From: Candidatus Bathyarchaeia archaeon | Lineage (GTDB): Archaea; Thermoproteota; Bathyarchaeia; Bathyarchaeales; Bathycorpusculaceae | Direction: 5' to 3' | DNA: 18,254 nt | Assembly: GCA_049512075.1 (NCBI GenBank) | Contig: JBEKXL010000033.1 | Span: 1-18,254 of the forward strand | In this document: positions 7,120 through 16,308 of the stretch, piece after piece | Numbering within the stretch: the stretch's first letter is position 1 | Layout of the letters: each line of letters opens with the position of its first letter | Program-made: the position numbers and the translations under genes | The notes under the pieces: generated by a model | Told to the model about the DNA's origin: nothing | Database searches by the model: none | What the model saw: only the letters and a program-made list of their open reading frames with translations

Positions 7120-8898
7120 ATGCCGACCCGTCAACCAATCGTGTGCGTTCTTGGCCATGTTGATAGCGGCAAGACTTCTCTCTTGGACAGAATCCGTAAG
7201 ACCAGCGTCCAGGCGAGGGAGGTTGGAGGTATCACTCAGCACATAGGTGCAAGCTTTTTTCCGGTTGAGACGCTCAGTCAACTGGTCGGCTCCACGCTTT
7301 CGAGAGTTAAGGGTGAAATAGAGATTCCGGGTTTACTCATCATTGATACGCCGGGGCATGAGGCCTTCGCTAACCTTCGCAAAAGAGGTGGCAGCGTCGC
7401 GGACATCGCCATTCTTGTGATTAATGTTCTGCGAGGTTTTGAGGCTCAGACATATGAGTGTGTAGAGATTCTGAAGGCTCGGAAAACTCCCTTCTTGGTC
7501 GCTGCGAACATGATAGACCGCGTACCTGGCTGGAATTCCTACACTGATGCACCGTTTTCGAAGACGTATCCACAGCAAGATCCTTACGTTCGAGAGGATT
7601 TGGACAACAAGATATACGACGTTATCGGTGTTTTCTCTCGTTTGAGTTTCAAAACGGATCGTTTCGACAGGATAAAAGACTTCACGTCAACCGTGGCCAT
7701 CGTGCCCACAAGCGCAAAGACGGGTGAAGGCATATCCGAACTCATAACGGTTCTCATAGGGTTAGCGCAGCAGTATCTGAAGAAGCGTTTGCAGACAACG
7801 GAAGGGCCCGCTAAGGGCACGGTTCTGGAGGTTAAAGAGGAACCCGGACTCGGCTTGACAATCAACACTATAATATATGATGGGGTACTGCAGAAAGATG
7901 ACTTGATAGTTGTCGGCGGCAAGGAGAAACCGATTGTAACGCGTATACGGGCGATTCTGGTTCCCAAACCGCTGGATGAAATAAGAGATCCTAGAGAAAA
8001 GTTCTCCTCCGTCAATTCCGCGTCCGCCGCTGCAGGCATCAAAATCGTTGCGCCCGACATAGAAGGAGTCTTGGCAGGGGCTACTTTGTACGCTGTGCCG
8101 CAGGGCGAAAAACCCGAAAGGTACGCGAGGCTCATCGCCGAGGAAATCGAGAAAATAAGAATAGCGACTGACATTGACGGCATCGTCTTGAAGGCCGACA
8201 CACTGGGTTCGCTTGAAGCCATCGCGGACATTTTGAAACAAAACAACATCCCCATCAGACTAGCCGACGTGGGAGACATTTCAAAACGAGACATCATAGA
8301 AGCCTCCGTCGTGAAGGAGCATGAACCCCTGTACGGGGCAGTGCTGGCTTTCAACGTCAGAATCCTGCCAGACGCTGAAGAAGAGGCTGGAAGTAGAAGC
8401 GTTCAGGTTTTCCGTGAAAAGATAATCTATCACGTTATTGAAAACTATCTGGCGTGGTTCAAAGGAAAACGAGACGCCGGACTTGAACAGGACTTTGAGA
8501 CTCTCGTCAAACCTGCCAAACTCCAGGTGATGGACGGCTACGTTTTCCGAAGGGCGAAACCAGCGATTTTCGGCGTTGAAATCTTATCTGGGAGCATCAA
8601 ACCCAAGATTGCCCTTGTCAGGCAAAACGGTGAAGAAGTAGGCGAAATTCAGCAGATTCAGGACAAGGGGGAGGCATTGCCAAACGCTGAACAGGGAATG
8701 CAGGTCGCGATTTCCATGGATAAGCCGGTGTTTGGAAGACACATATTTGAAAAAGACGTGTTGTACGTGAAAGTGCCTGAACAACAGGTGAAGGTTCTCA
8801 TGACAACGTTCGCTGAAAGATTGACAGAGGGAGAACAAAAAGCATTGGACGAGTACGTCGGTGTCATGAGAAAGAAGGTGCCGTTCTGGGGAGCATAA
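7120..8898 (+). CDS. infB: Archaeal translation initiation factor aIF5B (IF-2)
   Basis: 592 aa; RQPIVCVLGHVDSGKTSLLD, GGITQHIGA, IDTPGHEAF, KADTLGSLEA. Confidence 0.97.
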   Translation: MPTRQPIVCVLGHVDSGKTSLLDRIRKTSVQAREVGGITQHIGASFFPVETLSQLVGSTLSRVKGEIEIPGLLIIDTPGHEAFANLRKRGGSVADIAILVINVLRGFEAQTYECVEILKARKTPFLVAANMIDRVPGWNSYTDAPFSKTYPQQDPYVREDLDNKIYDVIGVFSRLSFKTDRFDRIKDFTSTVAIVPTSAKTGEGISELITVLIGLAQQYLKKRLQTTEGPAKGTVLEVKEEPGLGLTINTIIYDGVLQKDDLIVVGGKEKPIVTRIRAILVPKPLDEIRDPREKFSSVNSASAAAGIKIVAPDIEGVLAGATLYAVPQGEKPERYARLIAEEIEKIRIATDIDGIVLKADTLGSLEAIADILKQNNIPIRLADVGDISKRDIIEASVVKEHEPLYGAVLAFNVRILPDAEEEAGSRSVQVFREKIIYHVIENYLAWFKGKRDAGLEQDFETLVKPAKLQVMDGYVFRRAKPAIFGVEILSGSIKPKIALVRQNGEEVGEIQQIQDKGEALPNAEQGMQVAISMDKPVFGRHIFEKDVLYVKVPEQQVKVLMTTFAERLTEGEQKALDEYVGVMRKKVPFWGA

Positions 8899-8910
8899 AG
8901 GCCTCGCAGG

Positions 8911-9900
8911 TCACAGCGGCAGCATTTTTCCAACTTTTGCTTTCTTCGCTTTCTTAAAGACGTAAGTAGCCGTTGCCACGTCTTCTATGGCTAAGCCAAG
9001 GTTCATTGCCATGATTCGTTCTTTCGCGTTTTCTCGACCTGGTTTGACGTATGCTACGATTTCGCTCAATTCTGCGTACACCTCTGGCAGGTCGGCGAAG
9101 TAGCCTTGAGCTTTGTAGTAGGCCAGTTGGTCTCGGTCATCAGTGCAGAACTTGTGCATAGAATGCATTGTTTCTGGTTTCCAGTAGGAATCAAAATCCA
9201 AAGGACACGCCAGACCGCCGTCTCTGAACCACGACTTTTCGATGACGGGTTGCGGTTTTTTCAGAATTGGGCCGGCAGTGACTACTATGTCACAACCTTC
9301 AACAGCTTTCTTGGGCGATTCGACAGGAGCGATGCTGATTCTATTCAGCGCAGTCATTTCTTTCACGTATTCTTGCAGATTCCTTTGACTAATGTCATAG
9401 GCTTTAACCTGTTCCAGATTCTTGCACACCACCATCAAGGCTTCAAGATTGCTTCTACCCTGAGCACCACAGCCGAGAACACCTAAGACTCTGGAGTCCT
9501 CTCTTGCCAGATGTTCAGCTGCAACTGCAGTCGCCGCACCTGTGCGTTTAGCCGTGATCCACGTGCAGTCCATGACACAGATTGGACATCCAGTGTCAGT
9601 ATCATTCAAGACGAGTAGGCCGGAAATGTATGGCAAGCCTCTTTTCGGGTTTTCTGGAAAACCGGCTACCCATTTTACGCCTGCTGTATTCATTTTTTGC
9701 AGGTATGCTGGCATAGCATGGATGAAAGCGTCTTTTTTGGGATGTACTCCTGGCTTTGGAGGAACTTCAGTTCTTCCAGCGGCTTTTTCACGAAAGGCCT
9801 CTTCTACGATTCCGACTATTTCCTTCATTGGAATGTTCAGTCTCTCCACGTCGGATCGAGAAAGGTACAGGAACTCACCCAATGGATCCATAGTTAACAC
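8911..9900 (-). CDS. Ornithine cyclodeaminase/mu-crystallin family protein (archaeal alanine dehydrogenase-like)
   Basis: HAMPAY, GVKWV..FPENP, ITAKRTGAATA, GCGAQG, GLAIEDVA. Confidence 0.92.
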   Translation of the reverse strand: MLTMDPLGEFLYLSRSDVERLNIPMKEIVGIVEEAFREKAAGRTEVPPKPGVHPKKDAFIHAMPAYLQKMNTAGVKWVAGFPENPKRGLPYISGLLVLNDTDTGCPICVMDCTWITAKRTGAATAVAAEHLAREDSRVLGVLGCGAQGRSNLEALMVVCKNLEQVKAYDISQRNLQEYVKEMTALNRISIAPVESPKKAVEGCDIVVTAGPILKKPQPVIEKSWFRDGGLACPLDFDSYWKPETMHSMHKFCTDDRDQLAYYKAQGYFADLPEVYAELSEIVAYVKPGRENAKERIMAMNLGLAIEDVATATYVFKKAKKAKVGKMLPL

Positions 9901-9951
9901 TCAACCAAAGTTACAGCTTGAACAGGAGAACTTGTCGAAAAGTCAACTTGG

Positions 9952-10245
9952 TCAGCCGCCGCCGACAGGTGGTATTATGGCCAGAACATCGCCATCTGAA
10001 AGTTTCGTTTTCAATCCTTCAAACGATGATATGCTTCTGCCATTAACCAGAAACTGCAGGAAGCCTCGAACCTCGCCGGTTTTGGGGTCGTAAATATATT
10101 CAGTCAAGCTCTTTCCGTGTAGCTCGATCAAGCGCTCAAGTACACTCTCAACTGTGACAGCTTCTCCTCTCGAAAATTCCAGAATCTCCTCCTTTTTGCC
10201 GGTTACCTCTCTCAGAGTTGTGAAGAACCGAACCGAAACATGCAC
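9952..10245 (-). CDS. MoaD/ThiS-family ubiquitin-like protein (SAMP-type)
   Basis: VRFFTTLRE..., LVNG, L.DGDVLAIIPPVGGG with C-terminal Gly-Gly. Confidence 0.92.
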   Translation of the reverse strand: MHVSVRFFTTLREVTGKKEEILEFSRGEAVTVESVLERLIELHGKSLTEYIYDPKTGEVRGFLQFLVNGRSISSFEGLKTKLSDGDVLAIIPPVGGG

Positions 10246-10325
10246 GTGCGGTCCACCGACATTGAAGGGCGCAACCTAAAATTTAAACTGTCTCACTGAG
10301 AAAGCGATTTTTCTGATCAGATTAT

Positions 10326-10348
10326 GTACAATGGTTTAGCGCGCGCGC
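10326..10348 (+). repeat. GTACAAYGGYTTAGCGCGCGC direct repeat, copy 1
   Basis: 19/21 identical to 12270-12290. Confidence 0.75.
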
Positions 10349-10434
10349 AACAGCTAAGGTGGGCGAGACAATGGTTCGACGGAGCGAATGCTCTGGCAGA
10401 ACTAGGGAAATACATGGGGCAAAGGGTGGACTGA

Positions 10435-10450
10435 GGTAAAGATTTATATT
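10435..10450 (+). promoter_or_regulatory. Putative BRE/TATA box of thermosome gene
   Basis: Purine-rich GGTAAAGA followed by TTTATAT about 60 nt upstream of the ATG; GGAGG RBS at 10498-10502. Confidence 0.45.
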
Positions 10451-10508
10451 TGTGGGCATTTTTTCTTGTTCCGATTAACAAGATTTTAAGTTTGAATGGA
10501 GGATTTGT

Positions 10509-12158
10509 ATGGCTTACTTGACGACGACAGCGTCGGGACAACCAGTACTGGTTCTAAAAGAAGGTACGACACGAAACAGAGGAAGAGAAGCTCAGAGAAA
10601 TAACATAATGGCAGCACGCGTCATCGGTGAAGTGCTGAGAACGACTTTGGGACCTCGCGGCATGGACAAGATGCTCATCGACAGTCTCGGGGACATAACG
10701 ATAACGAACGATGGAGCAGCTATACTGAACGAGATAGAAGTTGAACATCCAGCGGCAAAGATGATGGTGGAAATCGCGAAGACGCAGGATGACATGGTGG
10801 GCGATGGAACAACCACTGCCGTAGTGTTGGCAGGCGAACTTTTGAAAAGAGCTGAGGAGCTTTTGGATCAGAACATTCATCCGACCATAATTGTGAGCGG
10901 CTACCGCAAGGCGGCACAGAAAGCAATGGAAACTATAAACAAAATTGCAATAGAGGTGGACATCGACGACAGGGCAACACTGAAGAAGGTCGCAGTGACG
11001 TCCATGGCAAGCAAAGCCGTCGGTCCAGCAAAGGAACACTTCGCAGATATAGCCATTGACGCCGTGAGAAAAGTGGCTGAAAAACGCGGAGACAAATGGG
11101 TCGCCGACATAGACAACATCCAAGTGATTAAGAAAACCGGAAAAAGCCTCTTCGAATCGCAATTAGTCCAAGGTCTAGTTATAGACAAAGAAGTCGTCCA
11201 CACGGGAATGCCAAAGAACGTCGAAAGAGCGAAAATAGCCCTGCTTGACAGCGCTTTGGAAATCGAAAAGACCGAGATCAGCGCAGAGATAAGAATACGC
11301 GATCCAAACCAGATGAAAGCCTTCCTAGACCAAGAGAACAAGATGCTGCAAGAAATGGTTGAAAAAATCAAGGCTTCAGGCGCCAACGTCGTTTTCTGCC
11401 AGAAAGGCATCGACGACATGGCCCAACACTTCTTAGCGAAAGAAGGAATACTCGCAGCCAGAAGAGTGAAACAGTCAGACATGGAGAAGCTGGCAAGAGC
11501 AACAGGCGGAAGAATAGTCTCAAACCTAACCGATCTAAGAACACAAGACCTAGGCATAGCAGGCCTCGTTGAGGAACGCAAGCTCGGCGAGGACAAGATG
11601 ATATTCGTCGAAAAATGCAAAGACCCCCGCTCAGTAGCAATCATTATACGAGCTGGCCTCGAAAGAATGGTTGACGAAGCCGAAAGAGCAATGACAGATG
11701 CCTTGTCAGTGGTCTCAGACGTCATAGAAAACAGCAAGATAGTCGCGGGAGGCGGAGCAGTAGAAGTCGAAGTGGCCAAAGAGCTGCGAAACTACGCTAC
11801 CGACATCGGCGGAAGAGAACAACTTGCTATAGAAACCTTCGCGGACGCCATCGAGGTAATACCGAAAACCTTGGCGGAAAACGCAGGATTGGAACCCATA
11901 GACATACTCGTAGAACTGAGAGCTGCCCACGGAAAGCCGGACGGACAAAACAAAGGAGTAAACCTCTTCACCGGAAAAGTCGAGAACATGCGCGACAAAG
12001 GCGTAGTCGAGCCCGTGATTGTAAAAGAGCAAGCGATAAAATCCGCGACAGAATCCGCAACCATGATAATACGCATCGACGACGTGATAGCATCCACAAA
12101 ACCGAAAGAGGGACCCGGAGGGAAACCGCCAGGCGGAATGCCTGAAGGCGAAGACTAA
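10509..12158 (+). CDS. ths: Thermosome subunit (group II chaperonin; alpha/beta not resolved)
   Basis: 549 aa; [36 protein letters not shown]. Confidence 0.97.
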   Translation: MAYLTTTASGQPVLVLKEGTTRNRGREAQRNNIMAARVIGEVLRTTLGPRGMDKMLIDSLGDITITNDGAAILNEIEVEHPAAKMMVEIAKTQDDMVGDGTTTAVVLAGELLKRAEELLDQNIHPTIIVSGYRKAAQKAMETINKIAIEVDIDDRATLKKVAVTSMASKAVGPAKEHFADIAIDAVRKVAEKRGDKWVADIDNIQVIKKTGKSLFESQLVQGLVIDKEVVHTGMPKNVERAKIALLDSALEIEKTEISAEIRIRDPNQMKAFLDQENKMLQEMVEKIKASGANVVFCQKGIDDMAQHFLAKEGILAARRVKQSDMEKLARATGGRIVSNLTDLRTQDLGIAGLVEERKLGEDKMIFVEKCKDPRSVAIIIRAGLERMVDEAERAMTDALSVVSDVIENSKIVAGGGAVEVEVAKELRNYATDIGGREQLAIETFADAIEVIPKTLAENAGLEPIDILVELRAAHGKPDGQNKGVNLFTGKVENMRDKGVVEPVIVKEQAIKSATESATMIIRIDDVIASTKPKEGPGGKPPGGMPEGED

Positions 12159-12170
12159 ACAACATCCCCA

Positions 12171-12180
12171 GTTTTTTTAT
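12171..12180 (+). terminator. Putative archaeal oligo-T terminator of thermosome gene
   Basis: T7 run 13 nt after the stop codon. Confidence 0.45.
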
Positions 12181-12269
12181 ATTCAAACCTGTTTTCACGC
12201 GTTAGGAAAACAAAGCACCTCCATTGTCGTGCACTCTTCTGACGGAGTAACTATGTTATTATCCGCTTC

Positions 12270-12340
12270 GTACAACGGCTTAGCGCGCGCTGGTAGCCGT
12301 ACGCGCTAGGTCCAGGCCCTTTCTAATCAGAGCGCGCGCG
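12270..12340 (+). repeat. GTACAAYGGYTTAGCGCGCGC direct repeat, copy 2, plus two further motif copies
   Basis: 12270-12290; TACGCGCTAG at 12300; AGCGCGCGCG at 12331. Confidence 0.75.
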
Positions 12341-12693
12341 ATATTTGTTCTAATCCTCTCAAGAATCCCCGCAGCGGTAGTACTCTACCTCATCTGAAGA
12401 GTCCTCTCCAGCCAGTTTGAAAACTGCGAAGAAGGTGAATTAGGTATCCTTCTCATAAGTGGCCGGCAATCGTATTCGTCGTCTTAGCCCTAAGAGTGTG
12501 AAAGTCGCGGAGGGCTTTGAATATGCCTGAGCTGAACCGAATCTTCTTGGAACATTTTTTCGTGAATATTCATAGATTGCTTGGTGAGTTGGAAACTCAA
12601 ATATTATCGTTGAAGTTAATGGCTCTTTTGTCTTTTGAGCAAAATTGTCCAGCATCGTGCAGCAGATGTACACCAAAGCGGTCTTTTGATTTT

Positions 12694-13176
12694 TCACATG
12701 TTTGTGGAGCTGCTTTGCTCATTGTCGATTTCTTTGAGAGTCTTTATTGCTTCTTCAACGTGGAGTTCAGGATGAGACTGGGACGAGAATATGTGCCTAA
12801 CGATGCCTTTTTTGTCGATTATGTACGTCACTCTTCCTTCTATTATGCCTAGGGTTGAGGGAACGCCGTATAGCTGTCTCACTTTGTGGTCCACATCGCT
12901 CAATAGGATAAATGGCAATCCATAGTGATTGGCAAAAGACTTATGGGATTCCATGCTTTGCGAGCTTACGCCAAGCACTTCTGCGCCTAGACTCGTTAAG
13001 ACATCATAGCTGTCCCTGAAGCTGCAGGCCTCCTTCGTGCAGCCTCGCGACTCGTCCTTGGGATAGAAGTACAAAACTATGTTCTTCTTGCCGAAGAATT
13101 CAGAAAGTGTCACGTTATCGCCCATCTGGGACGGAAGCGTGAAATCCGGCGCTTTATCTCCAACTCTAACTTCCAT
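12694..13176 (-). CDS. bcp: Peroxiredoxin, BCP/PrxQ subfamily
   Basis: GDKAPDFTL, LYFYPKDESRGCTKEACSFRD (CxxxxC), RVTYIIDKKG. Confidence 0.93.
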   Translation of the reverse strand: MEVRVGDKAPDFTLPSQMGDNVTLSEFFGKKNIVLYFYPKDESRGCTKEACSFRDSYDVLTSLGAEVLGVSSQSMESHKSFANHYGLPFILLSDVDHKVRQLYGVPSTLGIIEGRVTYIIDKKGIVRHIFSSQSHPELHVEEAIKTLKEIDNEQSSSTNM

Positions 13177-13228
13177 ATCAACACCACACAGCCCACGCGG
13201 TGAGTTTTACATTTTCAGGCGATAGACT

Positions 13229-13378
13229 GCGCGCGCGAGTAGTTGTTTTTCCTGCACCGTTCAGGCCCAAGAATCCAACAAACTTGGACCCTTCAATTCT
13301 CAAATTCAGTCTCGACACCGCAACAAACGAGCCGTAGTGCTCAGAAAGATTCACAGCTTCTACAGACGAGTTTGTCAA
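13229..13378 (-). pseudogene. 5' fragment of ABC transporter ATP-binding protein
   Basis: RBS plus TTG start, VEAVNLSEHYGSFVAVSRLNL...GFLGLNGAGKTTT (Walker A). The resemblance ends at the (GC)n tract 13229-13237. Confidence 0.8.
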
Positions 13379-13399
13379 GTAATCAGCTCCTCTTTTTTC

Positions 13400-14599
13400 C
13401 TATCTTGTCATCATTCTTCTAAATAATGGAACAGCAATTGCAATCATGACTGCACCGAACGCTATCATGATTATCAGGTCCGTAGAGATGTCGGATACTC
13501 CTGCACCTAGCACCATGACTTTTCGCATCGCATCCGAAGCATACGTCAACGGAAGGAATTTGCTTATGTCTTGCATGTACCAGGGCATCGACTGTATCGG
13601 GAACATCACACCGCTGAGGAACATCATTGGAAACATCAACGTCATCATCATCATCTGCGCCGTCTCCTGATCCTTAGCGACAGACGTCAAAACGATGCCT
13701 AAGCCGACGAATGAGAATACACCTAGCAAGAGCAAACCGACCACGAGCAGAATGCTTCCGTGGATTGCGACGCCGAATAGCCCTATAGCCAATGCCATTA
13801 TTATGAAGCCTTGGAGTAAGCCACGAGTGGTCTGACCCAAAGCTTTTCCCAGGATGATGGATAGCCTATTGATTGGCGCAACCATCATGCCGTCCATAGT
13901 GCCAACTTCCTTCTCCTGAGATATCGCCACAGGCAACCCGGTCATGACACTCATCATAACCGTCATCATCATTATTCCAGGTGCAATGAAGTTAAAGTAA
14001 CTCGGGTTTCCAGAAACAACGCCTTCCGTCTGAACATAATAAGGTTTAACGATGGCAAGAGAGTCATTCGCAGTTACTGTTGAAGATAGATTTTGAACTT
14101 TCTCCTGTGCGAGCAGCGTGCCCATCTGGTCAAATGTCGCGGACAAAACTGCCTGCAATTCTGCGGATATTGTTGGGTTAGACTGGTCAGTTATGATAAT
14201 CAGCGTTCCCTGTTCTCCATTCATGATGCTGGCGGAGAAATTGCTAGGTATGGCTATGCCGCCGTCTATGTCGCCCTTTAGAACCTTGTCCTTGATGTCA
14301 GCCACGCTTGAAGCGTTGGAAAGCTTCAGCATATGTGTCTGAGTGTTGATCTGCTGTAAGCCCATGATGAAGGCTTGGCTTGGAATCGTGATATTGTTAA
14401 AGCCTGAATCTTCATTCACCAAGCCCACAGGCATATTGCTTATCGTAGTGTTGCCGGATGGATAGATAAAGCCAATCATAGCCATCATGAACAACGGCAT
14501 CACGATAAGAAGGACCAGCCCCAAACGGTTCCTAAACAACTCTGTTAGATCTTTCCAAGCGATCCGCATAGAATGCGAAATCAAGGCTTTTGCGCCCAT
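13400..14599 (-). CDS. ABC-2 type exporter permease
   Basis: 399 aa; N-terminal TM, extracellular loop, EKEVGT, FLSGVMFPI..MPW, PLTYA. Confidence 0.93.
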   Translation of the reverse strand: MGAKALISHSMRIAWKDLTELFRNRLGLVLLIVMPLFMMAMIGFIYPSGNTTISNMPVGLVNEDSGFNNITIPSQAFIMGLQQINTQTHMLKLSNASSVADIKDKVLKGDIDGGIAIPSNFSASIMNGEQGTLIIITDQSNPTISAELQAVLSATFDQMGTLLAQEKVQNLSSTVTANDSLAIVKPYYVQTEGVVSGNPSYFNFIAPGIMMMTVMMSVMTGLPVAISQEKEVGTMDGMMVAPINRLSIILGKALGQTTRGLLQGFIIMALAIGLFGVAIHGSILLVVGLLLLGVFSFVGLGIVLTSVAKDQETAQMMMMTLMFPMMFLSGVMFPIQSMPWYMQDISKFLPLTYASDAMRKVMVLGAGVSDISTDLIIMIAFGAVMIAIAVPLFRRMMTR

Positions 14600-14605
14600 A
14601 TTATC

Positions 14606-15628
14606 TCACCTTATCCTCCCTTGCGCCGGCGCCCCAAAGCGTCGATGCCTAGCCATCGGTATCTTTTGGTCTGCGCTATCTCTTACCTCGTGACCAGTTA
14701 TGTGCAAGAACACGTCCTCAAGTGTGGGCTGAAGATTCTCCATAGAGTTTATCTTTCCATCCTTCGCTCTGACGGCGTCGATCACTGAGTCGAAAGCTTC
14801 ATTGCCGTGGACAATGATTCTTATATGAGTGGAGTTTTCCTGAGTAACAGCATCCGTGCATTTGCACGCCTGGATTGCCTCAATGATATCGGGTGACAAA
14901 TTTCCTATCTCCAGTTTCAGTATTGTTGTATCCGCTCCTGAAATTGTTTTTTTCAAGTTCGTCGAAGTGTTCAGCGCCACTATCTTGGCGTGATCCATTA
15001 TGCCGATTCGATCGCATAGCAGATCTGCATCCACCATCATATGGGTCGTTACGATTATGGTGGTGCCGTTTTCCCTGTTGAGCTTTTTGATGAATTCGCG
15101 AATCTCAACGGAAGACTGAGGGTCCAAACCCAGAGTCGGCTCATCGAGAAAGAGCACCTGTGGCATGTTCAGCAGCGCCCGTATCACGTTCATCCTCTGC
15201 CTCATGCCCGTCGAAAACGTGCCCACTTGAGCGTTCTTCCACTGTGTAAGTTGAACCAGCTCAAGCAACTCGTCTATTCTTCTGTTTAAGATGTCTTTGG
15301 GAAGGTTGAAGAGACTTCCGAAAAATATCAGGTTTTCCCTAGCCGTCAAACGGTTGTACATTATCATTTTTTCGGAAACGATGCCTATAAGTTTCCTGAC
15401 TTCTGTATCATCTTTCATTATGTCGTAACCGCCAATCGTGGCCGTTCCCTTAGTCGGCCGCGCTAACGTGGAGAGCACGCGCAAGGTTGTACTCTTACCC
15501 GCTCCGTTAGGACCCAGCAGACCAAATATCTCGCCTTTTTTCACATCGAACGAGATGCTGTCAACCGCCACGAAATCGCCGAAGGACTTCGTCAAATTCT
15601 TGACATCGATTATTGGATCATTTTCCAA
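14606..15628 (-). CDS. ABC exporter ATP-binding protein (DrrA-like)
   Basis: GPNGAGKST, FSTGMRQR, LFLDEPT, C-terminal PTLEDVFL. The TTG at 15628 follows a GGTGA RBS; the ORF track starts at 15646. Confidence 0.95.
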   Translation of the reverse strand: MENDPIIDVKNLTKSFGDFVAVDSISFDVKKGEIFGLLGPNGAGKSTTLRVLSTLARPTKGTATIGGYDIMKDDTEVRKLIGIVSEKMIMYNRLTARENLIFFGSLFNLPKDILNRRIDELLELVQLTQWKNAQVGTFSTGMRQRMNVIRALLNMPQVLFLDEPTLGLDPQSSVEIREFIKKLNRENGTTIIVTTHMMVDADLLCDRIGIMDHAKIVALNTSTNLKKTISGADTTILKLEIGNLSPDIIEAIQACKCTDAVTQENSTHIRIIVHGNEAFDSVIDAVRAKDGKINSMENLQPTLEDVFLHITGHEVRDSADQKIPMARHRRFGAPAQGRIR

Positions 15629-15656
15629 GAGACCATCACCGCGCAATATTGTTCAG

Positions 15657-15670
15657 TGCAATATATCGCA
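15657..15670. promoter_or_regulatory. Candidate PadR operator (imperfect palindrome TGCAATATATCGCA)
   Basis: 12/14 self-complementary; lies in the divergent gap between the ABC operon and padR. Confidence 0.4.
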
Positions 15671-15720
15671 GTAAAATATAAATATTCCGATGATATTCAC
15701 ATGAGAAAGATGAATTCAAC

Positions 15721-16308
15721 ATGCAGTCACACGATGAAGTAACGGCTGGACACTGGCTTAAAGAAACGCGGAAGGGCTACATACGTATTGCGGTTCTGAT
15801 TCTTCTCAGCAAAAAGCCGCATCATGGCTATGCAATAATGAGAGAGATCAAAGAAAGAACCGGTGGTTTCTGGAAACCGACTGCCGGCGGTATCTATCCC
15901 ATTCTTCAGAAACTGGAAAAGTCAGAATATATTGAGGGCAAATGGGACTCACGCCAAAAGAGAAAACGAAAGACTTACCGAATTACTGAGACGGGGAGAC
16001 CCGTGCTTCAGCAGGCTCTTGCCAGACAGAACCAGATCGCTGACGGCATGAGCAACTTGTTCAGTGAATTCATGAAGGATGTTCTGGACGTGAAGTCCTC
16101 TCCAAGGCGGCCTATGCCTAACCTTTTCTCGGTTTTTCTTGAAGAAAGGAAGCAGAGACCTGAGGACACTAACAGCGTGTTGAAGCTCAAGCGAGGCCAA
16201 ATCGGAGATGCAATTGAGGCCTTGCAGAAGGAGCTGGATGATATTAACAAGCGGTTGGCTAAGATGGAACCGCAGAAGAAGAGGACTTCGCGTAGGAGGT
16301 TGAATTGA
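15721..16308 (+). CDS. PadR-family transcriptional regulator
   Basis: LILLSKKPHHGYAIM, PTAGGIYPILQKLE, RKTYRITETG; C-terminal coiled coil. Confidence 0.92.
   Translation: MQSHDEVTAGHWLKETRKGYIRIAVLILLSKKPHHGYAIMREIKERTGGFWKPTAGGIYPILQKLEKSEYIEGKWDSRQKRKRKTYRITETGRPVLQQALARQNQIADGMSNLFSEFMKDVLDVKSSPRRPMPNLFSVFLEERKQRPEDTNSVLKLKRGQIGDAIEALQKELDDINKRLAKMEPQKKRTSRRRLN

Noticed and set aside
8911-10245. Functional link between the SAMP/MoaD protein and the cyclodeaminase
   Set aside because: Adjacency only; no E1, MoaE or other sulfur-transfer genes in the window.
10554-12198. Long antisense ORFs over the thermosome (and similar ones over infB, the phosphodiesterase and DUF1512)
   Set aside because: Shadow frames of well-supported genes, with no recognisable motifs.
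12440-12852. ORFs 12440-12697 (-) and 12517-12852 (+)
   Set aside because: No recognisable family, and the + ORF overlaps bcp. A decayed gene cannot be excluded but is unsupported.
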